Notes: generated from the sequence alone by a model not told the origin. 64,000 nt of DNA from Escherichia coli (GCF_003018235.1 NZ_CP027437.1); one strand, 5' to 3'. Positions 10,639 through 25,729 are shown, counted from the first letter of the stretch. A program made the numbers and translations.

Positions 10639-10665
10639 CCGCTCCCGACACCACATCGGGAGCGG
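10639..10665. terminator. Bidirectional intrinsic terminator hairpin between the convergent mcrC and large helicase genes
   Basis: Inverted repeat CCGCTCCCGA-CACCACA-TCGGGAGCGG, GC-rich stem, in the 56-bp gap between two convergent stop codons. Confidence 0.55.
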
Positions 10666-10672
10666 CTCATCA

Positions 10673-13600
10673 TCAGGAGGCGATCACCTCCACCAGCACA
10701 TCCGTTGCCCAACTCTCTTCGCTGTTGGCGACATTCCCTTCCTTGCAGGCCTGAGCCATTTTGACTAACTGGAAAGAAACGTCATCGCGGAAATCAAAGT
10801 AATGCCATTGCGATGCAAAGTTGATGCGCCAGTAGCCCATCCCCTGATCGAAGCGGATCTTCAATACCTGACCATCATCAAAAGTCACCGTCAGTTTACG
10901 ATGGTGAGGGATATCGCGCGGCGAGTCGAACACCGTCAGTTCTACCGGCCTGCCCAGCGCAGCAGCAAACCACTGATCAGCGAAATCCTGAAAATCCGCT
11001 ATGCTCATCCAGTCATGGAAAGGCCGGTTACCGGGGCGATCTTTATCTTTAAATAGCGTATCCAGCGTCACTTCAGCGCCATCGGTCAGCTTTGTTTTTA
11101 GCGGTCTCAAAATTGATCCCAACAACGCCAGCGCAACCGGGTTTTGCAGATAGCGATCGGTATAGTGAACGCCGGTAATTCGCGTGTTATTCATCAGTGA
11201 CTGCGCTTCTTCATGGTCGTTAAACAGCACGTCCCAGAAGCGTTGCCCAAACTGCGACAGTGGTCCATTCAACTGTTTGTGGATCTGAATGTCTTTGACC
11301 CGCTCGACAGCGTTGGCGGCTTTAGCCGGCAGAATAAATTCGTTCAGCTCTACCGTTTTATAGCCGAGACTACGTACCACCAGTTCGTCATTCAGGTGCC
11401 ACTCCGGCCCCGGAATCGTTGCCTGCTGGCTACGAGAGGCCAGCGTCATCACGCGATCGGCAAAGGTGACCTGAGCAACGATCGGTAATTTCAAATCCTG
11501 TTCAACATGGCATAGCCGCACACCCAGCGCAGTAAATTGCGATAGTTCGTGCAACAGGTCCGGGTCATCCACTCCCGCAGGAATAACAAGATCGACCTCG
11601 ACGTTGTCTTTTAGCCGATAGTTCTGAACCGCCGCGCGGAACTGACGTGCGTATAAATCCCACTCATTGGGCGCGCCGGTCATCCACAGGGTGAGCTTTT
11701 CAGCGCCTTCGTTAATCGCCCGGCGAATCGTATCGCCAATGGCGCCAGGGCAGTAGCGGGCATCCGGCAGCGAGAATGTCTCTTCATCCGGTAAACCGAT
11801 GTAATACGTGAAGTCATCGCCAAGCCAGGCCAGCGCCGCTTTGCGATCCAGCAAATCGTGATCGTGGCGAGTCTGGGAATCAAGCAGGCATTCACTACAT
11901 GCAGTCTCACAATGGCGGCAGCCTAACTGTTTCACCATTCCCTGCAATATAGCTTCAATGTGTACCGGTGCGCTGGAGGCAAAACCTGCACCACCGCTGA
12001 TCACATCATAAAGCTGTACGGCTAATACCGATTGCCCATCCTCCAGTCTGACCGGACGTACAGAATAGCCGAGTTCTGCGGCGGAGATACCCAGAACGCC
12101 CGCCAGCGCCTGACGCAGAGCAACCGCCAGAGTCATGGCAACAATCCGCCCCTCCTCTGTGTTATCTGGCAGATACTCGCCGTTTTGCGGTTTGCGCAGA
12201 ATCATTTCAAAGACATCGGTGCGCGCCAGTGCGCCCAGGGTGACGTTCTTCATGAGTGCCGTCGAACCGGGGCAAATCAGACGATGATTCTGGCTGTCGC
12301 GATCCGCTTTACCCGGACGCGGTGGATAGTGAGCTTCCATGCTTTTCGGCGCATCATTTTCATTCAGCATCGACTCAGCACGGCCACAGCTCAGACACAA
12401 TGCATAACCGTGTCCACCTTCCCCCAAACTTTGCTGGAAAACATGCCCATCAGCCCCAGAAGCCATATAACCCATTAGCGGGTTAGGCAACGGTACGGGC
12501 TCTGCTTTAACAAAGACCCACGCGGGGACAACCGGGACGAATTTCATGGTTTCAATATTGTTCGTTACCGGAGCGTGTGCATCGGTGACAAACCCGGCAG
12601 GCTGCAGCACCTGACGGCGATTATCCATGATTATTTTTTCGCCGCAGGCGCTATTGGAGCAAAAGAGCATCCCGGAACTGCTCATCCCCTCTTCATAGCC
12701 AATGGTCCCGCATTTGTGACAGCGCCAGGCGCAATCCAGACGCTGGGCTTCATTGGTATCAGCATTAATGTTGTGCCAGTGCAGTGAGACACCGGCAGAG
12801 CGGAAGACACGGCCATCAAGAATGATCTCTGCTCCCGGTGCATATTCACGAATGGCAACACCGAGGTTACGGGAAGGTAATCCTTTATAACGGGAGACGT
12901 TATCTTCACGGTCCTTTTTATCACGACTTTTTTGCGATTTTTCGCGGATATAATCTTCCATTGTGAAGTTATCAAACGTCACTACATCTGTCGGGAAACC
13001 GTATCCCGGCAAGAAGGTTCTGGCAGCTAGATCGCGCAGCAGATACTCGCCACAGTGCCGTTTCTTCTCCAGCTCTATGCGCTTACGATAAGGCGTTTGC
13101 GGCTGCGACTCACGCTCCTGTGTCACGAGATCGCGATAAACGGAGAGCCACCGCTGCTGCAGGAAGGTGATCGCGTTGATTGTTTTATCCCGCAGATATT
13201 CGGCTCTTGCACCATGCAACGCCGTACCTTTCACCAGCCGTTCCAGCGCCGTGTCGATATCAAGAACAGGGCGTTCCAGCCAGACTTTGAAGCGTTCGCA
13301 TTTTGACTGCCCGTCATCTTCACCGAAAAACCAGAGGCTATCGAGGCTGGTTTTCTCTTTATCGGTTTCGCCAATAACGTTACATAAAAAGTCGGACAGT
13401 AATAATGCATTGACGTGACGTTGCACCAGTCGGGCGGAGTTCATCGCGACCATGGGTGCCGGGATCATGGTTTCAAATGGCCAGAGCGGGTTGGCAAAAA
13501 CCTGCTGGTCGTGTGGGTTACCTTTACATAGGGTGTAAGAGATCGCACGTGATTCTTTACTACGCCCGGCTCGCCCGGCGCGCTGTAAATAGTTGGCCGG

Positions 13601-16600
13601 ATGTGGCGGTACGTTGTTCATTACCACCGCAGTAATGCCCCCGATATCAACCCCCATTTCCATGGTGGTGGAACAGTTGAGAACATTTAGTTGCCCATTC
13701 TTGAACATCTTTTCATAGCTTTGCAGACGTTCTGACGACTGCTGGGCAGAGTGCTCGGCAGTGCGATAGTAGAAACCGCCTTCCACGACACGATCGTTGA
13801 TGTCTGTCCAGACGTTTTCCGACCGCAATTGTGCGATCAGCGGATCATTGCTGACCCAGTCGCGTGCTTTTGCCAGACCCTCTGCGTAGTCTTCCTGTGA
13901 ACGATCCAGCTTCCAGATTTCCGGCATGGTGACTTTCTGCGCGACAAAAGTGTCATATTGCGCCTGGGTAAGATGCTCGAACGAAATATGGGTAGGCAGA
14001 TAAGGGGTTAAGCCTTTAAAAGCCGTATCCAGGATTTTATTGGTTACCGGGCAAATCCAGGCATCCGTGATTAATGAAAAAGTCATATGCTCTTTCGGTA
14101 AATAAAAACGGTTGCCATCGGGTTTCAGTACTGCAAGCGGTCCGGTAAGTTGGGCCCATGCTTCTTTCAGCCATGTATTGATAATATCAATAGTCGCCGT
14201 ATTGACGGTTTTGAATCCAGCCCCCAGCATCAGTAACTTCGCTAAACGATGGGATACGTTGCCATTACGAATTTGAGGCCAGCGTCTGTTCTGATTATCT
14301 TCAGGATCTTTTGATTCCGGGTTACGGACGAATTTTGATGAAAAACGGCTACCGATCCAGTTTTTCAGCTCATCATCCAGCTGTGTGAAGTTGCTCTCAC
14401 GAACGTAATGATCCAGCGTAACTTTGAGAAAATCGCGCCAGTCATCCAGCGTTAATCCTTTTTCCTGCCAGTGCAGAGGGATCTTATGTATTTTCTCCAG
14501 CCCCAGGTAACCAACCTGAACCAGCCCTTGTGTTTCCAGGCTGTTAGTCCGTTTAGGGCGACGCATGAATTCCCGGAATAACAACATTTCCGAAAGCTTT
14601 AGAGGCCCGCCGTTTTCATTAAACACTTCAGGCTTAAGATAATGGTTATATTGCAGAACCGGGCCACGGATATCGGCTCTCTCTTTAAGCTCGTTAACCA
14701 TTTCTGTCCAGGTTCGGGATACCAGAGTAATTGCAGCTTTTCCACCGATTGCAGACTGGTAAGCCTGTTCAAGCTGCTCGGCCTGCGCTTCTGATAATTT
14801 CGCTTGATCCGGCAATCCCCAGCTTCGATATTCTTCTGCCTGCTCACGGGCTTGCTTTACCCTGGTCGCTAATTTTTCCAGATCGGCATTAGCGTTCGGC
14901 GCCGTGGGCGTTTGCGTTCGTTGATGCCAGCTCAGAATTTCGACTACGCTTCCGCGTAAGCGACTACGTTCTGCTTCTTGCTGCATACGCACCGCCATCC
15001 GGGCTGTCCCTTGTCGACTATCCGTAAAGGTAATGAGTCGACGTCCTCGCCCTGGCAACGAATCTGGTCCGACGCCCTCTTTGCCTTCATCACTGGCAAA
15101 GTCCTGACAATACTCAAGAACGGTGGGAACGATATTAGTAACGTAAAATGGCCCACCTAATAGTGCACGCCGGAAGGGCTGTTTCCCGCTCATGCCTCTG
15201 AAGCCACAGCCGCTGGCGCTACAAACCTGTTCAATATCATTAATAATCAGCGGAATGCTGTCATTATTAATAACGCCAATACGGCGCGTCTGACGGTCGA
15301 GGCGTTGTAGGGTATAGCCTGTCTCGCTGGTCTCTCCTGCGGCAATAATCAACGGAGGCTGGAAACCGTTCTCTTTTTCGACTTTTTCCTCTGTAGTGTC
15401 ATGTTCAACAGGTACTTCATCCTGCAAGGAGAACTCATCGCCACCTTTATTTTCCCATTGGACAAGTTTGCCCTTTTTGTCCTGCGCCAGAAGATGAGGC
15501 TCATTACAATCATTACAGAACGCCACTTCGTAGACAGGGCTTCCACAGTCGCAATTTTGTCGCTGGTTCACATACACATAGCCAAAGGGCCAGCCTTTTT
15601 CGAGCGGTGTACCGTGCTTTAATCTGCAATCTTTATCAACACAAGCCCATATTCCCTGGGTATTACGCTGGAAGATATGCGCCCTGACTTTAAGAAATGC
15701 GGGATCCTTTGCATTAGGTTGAGTCCCTGAACAGACATCGATCCAACGCAGTACTTCCTGCTGGCTGTAATGCTGTTTTGTCAGCGCATTTAACCGCTGC
15801 GTCATCTCATCCAGTTTCATTGGATTAGGTTGGCTAACCAACATTTCACGTATGTAACGCGCTTCGGGGGAGTGCGTAAGCGCATAAAAGCGCTCAGGAC
15901 TTATCCCTTTAATTTTATTATCATTTTTATCTTTTAGATCCAGATCAGGTATTTGCTCTATTTCGTCTAACGGAACAGAAACGTTTTTGGATGGTTCCAG
16001 TTCAGGAATCACCCGACTTCCGTCCAGAACATCGATGCGCTCCTGCGGGATACCGGATAATTCAGAGAGAAATTTTTTCAGCTGCTTTTCAGCGTCGCTG
16101 CCGGCAATGGTCGCAGAGGTCGCTACAAAGCGCACGTCATCTGGTGTCACGCCAAACGCTGTCATCACACGACGCAGCTGGAGCGCCAGTTCAGCGGCCT
16201 GCGACCCGACATAGGTATGCGCTTCATCCAGTACAATCCAGCGTAGTGATTTTTGTGCTTTAGATTGCTGGATAATCGGGGCGTCGACCTGGCGAACCAT
16301 CATATATTCCAGCATCGTGCCGTTGGTCACCAGAATCGGCGCAGGTTCTTCACGCATTTTTTCGCGCGAGAGCACCTCATTCGGCCTTTTTGCCTGTTCA
16401 CTTTTTACCGAAGCGTGTAGGTTTTCGGTGTTGCCGTTGTAAAGGCAGTAGCGAATCCCAGTACCAAAACCACGCGTCCAGGCATCCAGACGCTCGCGCT
16501 GTGAATTAATCAAGGCGTTCAATGGATAGAGAAAAAGGGCTCGGACACCAACCAACGGATTGTTGCCATTTTCATGCAGTTCCCGGTAAAGATCTTCCAG

Positions 16601-17017
16601 CACCGGAACCATAAAACATTCCGTTTTACCTGAACCCGTACCACTGGTTACCACCACTGAATGTTTCTTTTCCAGCAAAGCTTTCCAACTGGCTAACTGG
16701 TGTGTAAAAGGCTTCCAGTCAGCACCAAATCGGTACCGGCCATTACTCTGATTATCCAGTGAATCAACCACTGCTTTGCTCAACAATGCGTTGCCTTCCG
16801 TCAGGCTGCGCATCGTGTGATTTGACTCCTTCCATCCAAACATTTGCTGGAATACCGGAGAAGCAAGGAATGAGCCCGGTTTCCCACAATCAGCCCCCAT
16901 TTGTTGCGCGAGATGTTCACGCAGCTGCGGGTTGGTAACGCCCATGATACTGAGCGTTGCTTCAGTTGAACGAGACAACGATTGTTCAATAAGTGACGAA
17001 AAATAGCGTGTAGTCAT
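10673..17017 (-). CDS. Very large DEAD/DEAH-box helicase with C-terminal cysteine-cluster (DUF1998/MrfA-like Zn-ribbon) region; DruE-like (Druantia) defence protein
   Basis: Intact 2114-aa ORF; Walker [17 protein letters not shown] box [11 protein letters not shown] motif, helicase-C motif QRAGRAGR, cysteine clusters (CHKCG...CSNSACG; CLSCG; [11 protein letters not shown]); good RBS AAGGAATAAGG before the ATG; 87 bp downstream of the partner gene. Confidence 0.75.
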   Translation of the reverse strand: MTTRYFSSLIEQSLSRSTEATLSIMGVTNPQLREHLAQQMGADCGKPGSFLASPVFQQMFGWKESNHTMRSLTEGNALLSKAVVDSLDNQSNGRYRFGADWKPFTHQLASWKALLEKKHSVVVTSGTGSGKTECFMVPVLEDLYRELHENGNNPLVGVRALFLYPLNALINSQRERLDAWTRGFGTGIRYCLYNGNTENLHASVKSEQAKRPNEVLSREKMREEPAPILVTNGTMLEYMMVRQVDAPIIQQSKAQKSLRWIVLDEAHTYVGSQAAELALQLRRVMTAFGVTPDDVRFVATSATIAGSDAEKQLKKFLSELSGIPQERIDVLDGSRVIPELEPSKNVSVPLDEIEQIPDLDLKDKNDNKIKGISPERFYALTHSPEARYIREMLVSQPNPMKLDEMTQRLNALTKQHYSQQEVLRWIDVCSGTQPNAKDPAFLKVRAHIFQRNTQGIWACVDKDCRLKHGTPLEKGWPFGYVYVNQRQNCDCGSPVYEVAFCNDCNEPHLLAQDKKGKLVQWENKGGDEFSLQDEVPVEHDTTEEKVEKENGFQPPLIIAAGETSETGYTLQRLDRQTRRIGVINNDSIPLIINDIEQVCSASGCGFRGMSGKQPFRRALLGGPFYVTNIVPTVLEYCQDFASDEGKEGVGPDSLPGRGRRLITFTDSRQGTARMAVRMQQEAERSRLRGSVVEILSWHQRTQTPTAPNANADLEKLATRVKQAREQAEEYRSWGLPDQAKLSEAQAEQLEQAYQSAIGGKAAITLVSRTWTEMVNELKERADIRGPVLQYNHYLKPEVFNENGGPLKLSEMLLFREFMRRPKRTNSLETQGLVQVGYLGLEKIHKIPLHWQEKGLTLDDWRDFLKVTLDHYVRESNFTQLDDELKNWIGSRFSSKFVRNPESKDPEDNQNRRWPQIRNGNVSHRLAKLLMLGAGFKTVNTATIDIINTWLKEAWAQLTGPLAVLKPDGNRFYLPKEHMTFSLITDAWICPVTNKILDTAFKGLTPYLPTHISFEHLTQAQYDTFVAQKVTMPEIWKLDRSQEDYAEGLAKARDWVSNDPLIAQLRSENVWTDINDRVVEGGFYYRTAEHSAQQSSERLQSYEKMFKNGQLNVLNCSTTMEMGVDIGGITAVVMNNVPPHPANYLQRAGRAGRSKESRAISYTLCKGNPHDQQVFANPLWPFETMIPAPMVAMNSARLVQRHVNALLLSDFLCNVIGETDKEKTSLDSLWFFGEDDGQSKCERFKVWLERPVLDIDTALERLVKGTALHGARAEYLRDKTINAITFLQQRWLSVYRDLVTQERESQPQTPYRKRIELEKKRHCGEYLLRDLAARTFLPGYGFPTDVVTFDNFTMEDYIREKSQKSRDKKDREDNVSRYKGLPSRNLGVAIREYAPGAEIILDGRVFRSAGVSLHWHNINADTNEAQRLDCAWRCHKCGTIGYEEGMSSSGMLFCSNSACGEKIIMDNRRQVLQPAGFVTDAHAPVTNNIETMKFVPVVPAWVFVKAEPVPLPNPLMGYMASGADGHVFQQSLGEGGHGYALCLSCGRAESMLNENDAPKSMEAHYPPRPGKADRDSQNHRLICPGSTALMKNVTLGALARTDVFEMILRKPQNGEYLPDNTEEGRIVAMTLAVALRQALAGVLGISAAELGYSVRPVRLEDGQSVLAVQLYDVISGGAGFASSAPVHIEAILQGMVKQLGCRHCETACSECLLDSQTRHDHDLLDRKAALAWLGDDFTYYIGLPDEETFSLPDARYCPGAIGDTIRRAINEGAEKLTLWMTGAPNEWDLYARQFRAAVQNYRLKDNVEVDLVIPAGVDDPDLLHELSQFTALGVRLCHVEQDLKLPIVAQVTFADRVMTLASRSQQATIPGPEWHLNDELVVRSLGYKTVELNEFILPAKAANAVERVKDIQIHKQLNGPLSQFGQRFWDVLFNDHEEAQSLMNNTRITGVHYTDRYLQNPVALALLGSILRPLKTKLTDGAEVTLDTLFKDKDRPGNRPFHDWMSIADFQDFADQWFAAALGRPVELTVFDSPRDIPHHRKLTVTFDDGQVLKIRFDQGMGYWRINFASQWHYFDFRDDVSFQLVKMAQACKEGNVANSEESWATDVLVEVIAS

Positions 17018-17104
17018 CCTTATTCCTTTTTATTTTTTAGCAACATAACGCAACAGGCTGCACTGAAAGATGGTCTTAAACCAGCGGGAATCGAAGTCCC
17101 TGAC

Positions 17105-18823
17105 TTACCTCAGGAAAAATACGGCACCGGGTTTACGGTCAAATACAGCTTCAAAAGAAGTATTTCCGCTTGCCACAGCTGCAGCGAAGACGGGTAACCA
17201 GGCCACGGAATAGCGGTGATTTGCGTCAGGATTAATACCAATCACTGGATTTTTTTGTGACATCATCCATTTATACAGACGCTTGCAGCCATATTCAGGC
17301 CAGCGAGCTTCACTGTGCTCACGTAAAAGCTCCTGATACCACCCGTGGACACAAGATTCAGGAATAGACGGAGGGAGATATCCGTTACTTAACCATTTCT
17401 CAATTTCATCGGCATATGTCGGGAACACGAGCCCCAGCCGTTGAAACATATTAGTAACCAGTAATTTCTGGGTTTCCTCCGGTGCACCTTTTTGGCTCAG
17501 GAACAATTTGAAACGCTCAGATGCAGCTTTGATCTCAAAGATGGGGAAAAACTCCCATAGAATAGGGAACTCATTCTCAATACGACTCAGGTACTCTGCT
17601 GACATTTCAAATTTGAAGAGCGACATCGCCAATGCCTGCGGATGCTGCACTAGTGCACGCCATACTTCAAAGGTTGCCAGCGGTAAATAACCAAATTGAT
17701 CGTACAGGCTACGCATAAATTGCCAGCCGGAATGGGCAGGATCGTTAGCCATCTGTCCGAGAACCAGTGTGATGGTATTAACTTCTGCCTGTGGATTAAA
17801 AAGCTGGGTCGCTTTCTGCAATGAGCGGATGTTGCTTTCTTCTACCGGTAACGAAGATTCGCCACGAATGAAGCAGGGGCGAAAAGCCATCTCCTCACCC
17901 GGTTTAGGAACAACCAACCATGGCCCATTTTTGTTAACGATTGAGCTCAACTCATATTCACCGACAGGCACTCCCTCGCTCATTCTTGATGCTAAGGGGA
18001 TGGATTTCCTCTCGGGTTCACTTAACAGCATGATAACGGGGGAAGGAATCTGCCCAGCACGATGGTTCACTGACTGGCTGAGTAATAGTTCTTTTTCATA
18101 ATCATAGCGCAGGCTGTATTTATAGCGACGAATTTGCCAGGCCATGACCACACCTGCCCCCGTAATACGCATCTCAACAACCTGATCAATACCTGCCTCA
18201 AGTGAAATCAGGTTCTCAATATGTTCGCGCAGACTATAGAGATTCAATTCAACAGGACGATCGCTCAACGCCGTATAACACCATTCATGCCATGCCTGTA
18301 ATCCACTAACGGAGCGCAAATACAACTGCAATGTATATTTTGTCGGCTCACCATTTCTGGAGAACAGAAACGCTCTGGAACCCAGCAGATCATGCAGCGT
18401 AATGTTTTTATCCAGAGGACGTCCGTTTACATCAAGAGCGAGACAGCCTTTAGCGGGAAAAGGTAACTCAATGTCGATGGGGTCAGCCGCCAAATTAGGC
18501 AGAACTTGTAATGTAATAAATGCCGGAGGTACCCCTTCCGCTTTAAGTTGTATCTCTGTTCGCCCCTCAGTACGCTTACGTGTAGCCTCCAATGTTTTAT
18601 CTTTAAGTTTTGCTACACAAGGATGCTGTGTGGTGATTAAGATAGTGCCTTCATTTGCGTGCATTCCACCTTTTATCTCAATACTGAAATCAGCAGGCAA
18701 GATACCGATTTTGCGACGCAAGAGCGTTTCATTGTTACTATTACGGATAGAAAGATATTGAGCCCCCAGCATCTCTTGTATATGACATTGCTCAATTGAA
18801 ATTCCGCTCAGGTAACGCGTTAC
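17105..18823 (-). pseudogene. C-terminal fragment of the DruH-like partner gene, separated from its 5' part by IS100
   Basis: The 582-aa ORF 17105..18853 begins with a GTG inside the IS inverted repeat; native sequence starts at 18823; frame is continuous with fragment 20778..21943 once the IS and one GTTAC copy are removed. Confidence 0.75.
18819..18823. repeat. Target-site duplication (GTTAC), left copy
   Basis: Identical 5-bp GTTAC immediately flanks both ends of the 1954-bp element. Confidence 0.75.
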
Positions 18824-20777
<1,954 letters not shown>

Positions 20778-20782
20778 GTTAC
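20778..20782. repeat. Target-site duplication (GTTAC), right copy
   Basis: See left copy. Confidence 0.75.
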
Positions 20783-21943
20783 ATCAATGCTTTGAATATC
20801 CGGTAGTGTAGAAATGACTTTTGGTACACCAATAAATGTTTCATCTGGATGACAAACCCAGCTTGCACGCTTTCCATTTAGAGCAAACCTTCCGATGCTG
20901 ATTTGTTCTCTTCCGGTGCGAATCCGATAAGTTTCATTTGCTGTAACTGTAACGTCCTGACATCCCTTCACAGGTAGTGCTTTTAGTCCTAATACGTTTA
21001 CTGCGCTCGATTGGCCATCAAAACCAGCAACATTGCTATTATCCCGAGGGAGTACAATCAGAACATCGCTGCTTCGCACACTGCAAGAAGCCTGTCCCTG
21101 TAACAGCCATTGATCTGCATCAACGATGAAGGTTAACGGCACCTCACCAATGGCAATTTCACTGTCATCAAGTTTAATGCTCCCAACAATCATCCCTCCA
21201 GCACGAGCCACTAATGACAAACCTGCCGATGGATTTTGCCTGACAAATCTCACTTCGCTTTTACGTAATCGAACTGTTGCCTGTCTGTTTTCCAGGGAAG
21301 CATAGGCTGGCCCAAGGCCAGAGACTTCCTCACCATCTTCACAAATGGCAAGTTCAAAGCGCGTAGTTGACGGCTCGCTTGTTACAGGAAAGGAAACTTC
21401 GTCCGGAAGAGATACTATCACCCTAAGCTCATCTGGATGCTTTTCTGACCAATAGAATTGGCAACGCGTACTCTTATTTTTTTGTAGTCGAGGCTTAGCC
21501 TCTACAGAGGCTGCGCATAGCAGTCCATTCAAAAAATGCGTTCCTGTTTCATCATCTAACGGTATTGGAAACTCGCTTCGCCAGGTAGGGTGAACCTTCT
21601 CAAGCTGTTGTACTGGTTCTTTGTGATTTATTAGGTTGTGAGTAAGTACTAAGGAATTGAGGTTATCAGCCATATGACTGATAAGTTCTACAGAGGTATC
21701 TTCGCTAAAAACAGTTGGCAGCGCTGATTTTTCTATGACAGCTCTTGCCAGCGAAAGGGCAGAAAAACCTGACTGCTTTGCTTGCTCATATTGTCCAAGG
21801 ATCCTGGAGAAAACAGCCAGAAAGCGACTGTCTGATTCTTTGAGTAGCCGGAAAGGTAAACCACCTTCACTGAATAATGTTCCGAGAAAATTGCGTCGTT
21901 CAGATTCATAAAATCGAATTGGGCGCAGCCAGTAATCTTCCAT
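20778..21943 (-). pseudogene. N-terminal fragment of the DruH-like partner gene, interrupted by IS100
   Basis: The 393-aa ORF 20762..21943 ends in a stop supplied by the IS end; the reconstructed junction reads ...TLPDIQSIDV|TRYLSGISIEQ... in frame. Confidence 0.75.
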
Positions 21944-21990
21944 CCCTTTCGGTACGATAGTACCAAGCTCTGTGGCGGTGAATGAAATCC

Positions 21991-22326
21991 CTATTTTTTA
22001 TATATAGGGTCCCACGTCCATCCGCATTGCCGTTCATAATCCCTGCGGTACCACTCAGAGCAAAAAAGAACAAAACAGGCAGCAAAGTCCCTATTACATA
22101 TATTAGATTGTGATTGACCGACCGCACGGAGTAGCTGCGTTAATTGGGTATATTCATCATTGGTTGCATGATATTCATAAAGAGGACGGCCATCCGGTTG
22201 TCTCAACCCTCTAAGATTCACAAAGTTACTTAGCCAGGAAGTACATTTTACCCATGAAATGTATTCTGATTGACCCAAAGCAAGCTCCTTAGAGATAAAA
22301 GATACAAAAACAAAACCCCACAACAC
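21991..22326 (-). other. Open frame immediately upstream of the DruH-like gene; possible frameshifted N-terminal extension, or non-coding
   Basis: 111 codons open with no ATG (GTG start only); ends at TAG inside TATATAAAAAATAGGG; the downstream frame opens 2 codons earlier, so a 1-nt change in the A6 tract would fuse them. Confidence 0.3.
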
Positions 22327-22776
22327 TTCTAATTTGAAAGAAAACTTTTCAAAATATCGTATAATTAATCAGGCGGCAACAACTAATTTTTCATGTCGGT
22401 ACTATAAATTAATTTTAGATAAAAATGATATCAACCATCTATTAATCACAACTCATTTATCACCTGGTTTTATAATTTCAAATGAAAATAAATCTCAAAC
22501 AATCAAAAAGTATGCAGTAGCTAACATTTAACTTTCCAGGATATAAAACAATTAGAGAAACTGCACAATAGCGAATAATGAAAGTTGTAAAGTCAGTCAA
22601 AAAACACAAGCAATCAGTGTGCGTTTTTTGACCGTTATCGACATGAGTTTAAAGAGTTTAGTGAAGAAGATATTCCTGTACACTCCATACCTATTGATGA
22701 ATTGTCTCGGGAAAATTTTTATAACTTAATTTAAAAACATAAAAACGTTTTATTATATATAAATCTATAACCCCCA

Positions 22777-22941
22777 TCACTCCACATCCTCCCTGCGTAA
22801 CCCAATATCCCTCAACCGCTCATCACTCATCTGCTGTAACACTCGTCGGGTCTGCATTTGCCGCCGCCAACGCCTCATCACCTGCCAGAGTTGCACAAGT
22901 CCAATAAACGGTGCTTTAGCTTTGTTTTCGTGAAATTCCAT
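22777..22941 (-). CDS. yjiS: Small DUF1127-family protein YjiS (54 aa)
   Basis: Reverse-complement translation MEFHENKAKAPFIGLVQLWQVMRRWRRQMQTRRVLQQMSDERLRDIGLRREDVE; below the 60-aa cutoff of the ORF track. Confidence 0.7.
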   Translation of the reverse strand: MEFHENKAKAPFIGLVQLWQVMRRWRRQMQTRRVLQQMSDERLRDIGLRREDVE

Positions 22942-23117
22942 CTGCTGCCTCCTCATCTTTCAGAGGCTTCATCATCCGTCTTCTGGCAGTTCACAATACA
23001 GATGCAAATATTAGTTTTATTTAACATACAGACAGGTTAAAACAGCATCTGCATCCGGTTTTTTAGCCTCATCTGTACCGGTTTTTCTCTCTGTATGGTC
23101 CAAATAAGGAACACAGC

Positions 23118-24530
23118 ATGACGCGTTATCAACATCTGGCGACTCTACTTGCCGAGCGGATTGAGCAGGGGCTGTATCGTCACGGGGAGAAATTGCCGTC
23201 GGTGCGCAGCTTAAGTCAGGAGCACGGCGTCAGCATCAGCACCGTGCAGCAGGCGTATCAGACGCTGGAGACGATGAAGCTCATCACCCCACAGCCGCGT
23301 TCGGGTTATTTTGTCGCACAACGTAAAGCCCAGCCGCCAGTACCGCCGATGACGCGCCCGGTGCAGCGCCCGGTGGAAATTACCCAGTGGGATCAGGTGC
23401 TGGATATGCTGGAGGCGCATAGCGACAGTTCCATTGTTCCGTTAAGTAAAAGCACGCCGGATGTCGAAACGCCCAGCCTGAAACCGCTGTGGCGGGAGCT
23501 AAGCCGGGTGGTGCAGCATAATCTGCAAACCGTTCTCGGTTATGACTTGTTAGCCGGTCAGCGAGTGTTGCGAGAGCAGATTGCCCGCCTGATGCTCGAC
23601 AGCGGCTCGGTGGTCACTGCCGATGACATCATCATCACCAGCGGCTGCCATAACTCGATGTCGCTGGCGTTAATGGCGGTGTGTAAACCGGGCGATATTG
23701 TCGCGGTCGAATCCCCCTGTTATTACGGTTCGATGCAGATGCTGCGTGGCATGGGCGTGAAAGTGATTGAAATCCCAACCGATCCAGAAACAGGCATCAG
23801 CGTTGAAGCGCTGGAACTGGCGCTGGAACAGTGGCCGATTAAAGGCATCATTCTGGTGCCAAACTGTAATAATCCGCTGGGATTTATTATGCCGGACGCG
23901 CGCAAACGGGCCGTTCTCTCTCTCGCTCAGCGTCATGATATTGTGATTTTTGAAGATGATGTCTACGGCGAACTGGCAACGGAGTATCCGCGCCCGCGGA
24001 CCATTCATTCCTGGGATATCGACGGGCGAGTGCTGTTGTGCAGCTCATTCAGTAAAAGTATTGCACCTGGCCTGCGCGTGGGTTGGGTCGCACCGGGGCG
24101 TTATCACGATAAACTGATGCATATGAAATACGCCATCAGCAGCTTTAATGTACCGTCCACGCAAATGGCGGCGGCAACGTTTGTGCTGGAAGGTCACTAT
24201 CATCGCCATATCCGGCGGATGCGGCAGATCTATCAGCGCAATTTGGCGCTTTATACCTGCTGGATACGGGAATATTTTCCATGCGAAATCTGTATTACGC
24301 GCCCGAAAGGCGGATTTTTACTGTGGATAGAATTGCCTGAACAGGTCGATATGGTCTGCGTCGCGCGGCAGCTGTACCGCATGAAAATCCAGGTGGCGGC
24401 AGGCTCGATTTTCTCAGCTTCCGGCAAATACCGTAATTGTCTGCGCATCAACTGCGCTTTGCCGCTCAGCGAAACCTATCGCGAAGCACTGAAGCAAATT
24501 GGCGAGGCCGTGTATCGGGCAATGGAATAA
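23118..24530 (+). CDS. yjiR: MocR-type GntR-family transcriptional regulator fused to an aminotransferase-like domain
   Basis: 470 aa; N-terminal GntR HTH (LPSVRSLSQEHGVSISTVQQAY) plus a PLP-fold domain. Confidence 0.88.
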   Translation: MTRYQHLATLLAERIEQGLYRHGEKLPSVRSLSQEHGVSISTVQQAYQTLETMKLITPQPRSGYFVAQRKAQPPVPPMTRPVQRPVEITQWDQVLDMLEAHSDSSIVPLSKSTPDVETPSLKPLWRELSRVVQHNLQTVLGYDLLAGQRVLREQIARLMLDSGSVVTADDIIITSGCHNSMSLALMAVCKPGDIVAVESPCYYGSMQMLRGMGVKVIEIPTDPETGISVEALELALEQWPIKGIILVPNCNNPLGFIMPDARKRAVLSLAQRHDIVIFEDDVYGELATEYPRPRTIHSWDIDGRVLLCSSFSKSIAPGLRVGWVAPGRYHDKLMHMKYAISSFNVPSTQMAAATFVLEGHYHRHIRRMRQIYQRNLALYTCWIREYFPCEICITRPKGGFLLWIELPEQVDMVCVARQLYRMKIQVAAGSIFSASGKYRNCLRINCALPLSETYREALKQIGEAVYRAME

Positions 24531-24589
24531 ATTCGAATTAGTGCCGAGCCCCCTGATTTACTCTCACGAATCGCCTGTAACTCGTTTTA

Positions 24590-24750
24590 TCTTTATAGCG
24601 ACATCGCCACGTTCCGGCATGGCTTAGGCAAAATGCGCTTCGTTCATGCCAGATGCCATGTGAACGCCTTACCAGGTCTACAAAATCTTTAAAGTTCAAT
24701 ATATTTAATGGGTTATGTAGACCTGATAAGCGTAGCGCATCAGGCTGCTT
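24590..24750. repeat. REP (repetitive extragenic palindromic) elements
   Basis: Motifs GCCTGATGCGCTACGCTTATCAGGTCTAC and related imperfect palindromes between convergent genes. Confidence 0.4.
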
Positions 24751-24772
24751 TGCGTTTGTCATCCGTCTCTGA

Positions 24773-25729
24773 TTAGTACTCGATCCATGGATCACGCTTG
24801 CTTTCAGGCAAGGGCTGATCTAATGCCTGCATTTGCTCTGCCGAAAGTCCGGTATATCGTTGTATCCATTCAGGATCGGCCCCATTCTGCAACAATAATC
24901 GGAGGAGGCTCCGTTCCCCTTCTACTTTCCCTTCTTTCCTGCCCCTCTCCCTTCCCAACAGCCATCCATCATTATGAATTCGCTCTGCAATTGTCATTAT
25001 TCGCTCCCTGTGGTGTGGCATTCGCCTGGTAAGTTCGCTGATAAACGCCTTAAAACGCGCTTCATCGCCAGTCAGTAAAATGTAATTTAACAGCGCAGTT
25101 ATCTGGCTGTCATTAGCACACTCTGTAACCAGTAATACTACCAGTTGGTCGATAAGCCCCATCAGATCGCGCTGGCGAATATGCTTTTGGATCAACTCCA
25201 ACAGGGCGACTCTGCGATGCTGCACAATCTCGTCGTCTGGCACGACAGTGACATCCACCAGCGGGAACGCTGCGCTATAAAGTTTCCGTGCGGTAGTCGG
25301 GTCGGCAAATTCGTCCAGCCAGCACAGGGACCAGGGGTAAGGACTACGGCTACCGTGATAAAACAGCATCGGGATGACCAGCGGTAGCGGCCGGCGTTTA
25401 TCATGCTCGATATGGCGCTGCATCACCGCCATAGAATAGCGCATCAGGCGAAAGGCCATATGAATATCCTCGCGGCTCTGATGTTCAATCACCACATAAA
25501 TATAGCCATCGCCTTCGCGGGTCTTTACCGACCACAGAATATCGGAATGTAGCGCCCGCAATTTTTCATCGACAAAGCTGGCGGATTCCAGTTTTAAGCT
25601 GTCGAGATCGCACAGTTCACGTAAATCTTTAGGTAAGTGGATCTCCATAAAATCCCGCGCGGTGTCAGGGTGCATGAGAAAAGATTTAAATAATGCGTCA
25701 TGCGGCGTGCTGGTCGTGAAGTTTGTCAT
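24773..25729 (-). CDS. rpnD: Rpn-family recombination-promoting nuclease (PD-(D/E)XK, transposase_31-like), apparently intact
   Basis: 318-aa [31 protein letters not shown]..., typical Rpn/YhgA-like N-terminus; position matches yjiP/yjiQ. Confidence 0.8.
   Translation of the reverse strand: MTNFTTSTPHDALFKSFLMHPDTARDFMEIHLPKDLRELCDLDSLKLESASFVDEKLRALHSDILWSVKTREGDGYIYVVIEHQSREDIHMAFRLMRYSMAVMQRHIEHDKRRPLPLVIPMLFYHGSRSPYPWSLCWLDEFADPTTARKLYSAAFPLVDVTVVPDDEIVQHRRVALLELIQKHIRQRDLMGLIDQLVVLLVTECANDSQITALLNYILLTGDEARFKAFISELTRRMPHHRERIMTIAERIHNDGWLLGRERGRKEGKVEGERSLLRLLLQNGADPEWIQRYTGLSAEQMQALDQPLPESKRDPWIEY

Noticed and set aside
22334-22531. 65-aa ORF in the AT-rich region upstream of the DruH-like gene
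   Set aside because: AT-rich intergenic sequence gives short low-complexity ORFs (N/I/K-rich) by chance; more likely promoter or silenced regulatory DNA.
24538-24795. 85-aa ORF between yjiR and rpnD
   Set aside because: It overlaps REP palindromic elements and has no RBS or compositional support.
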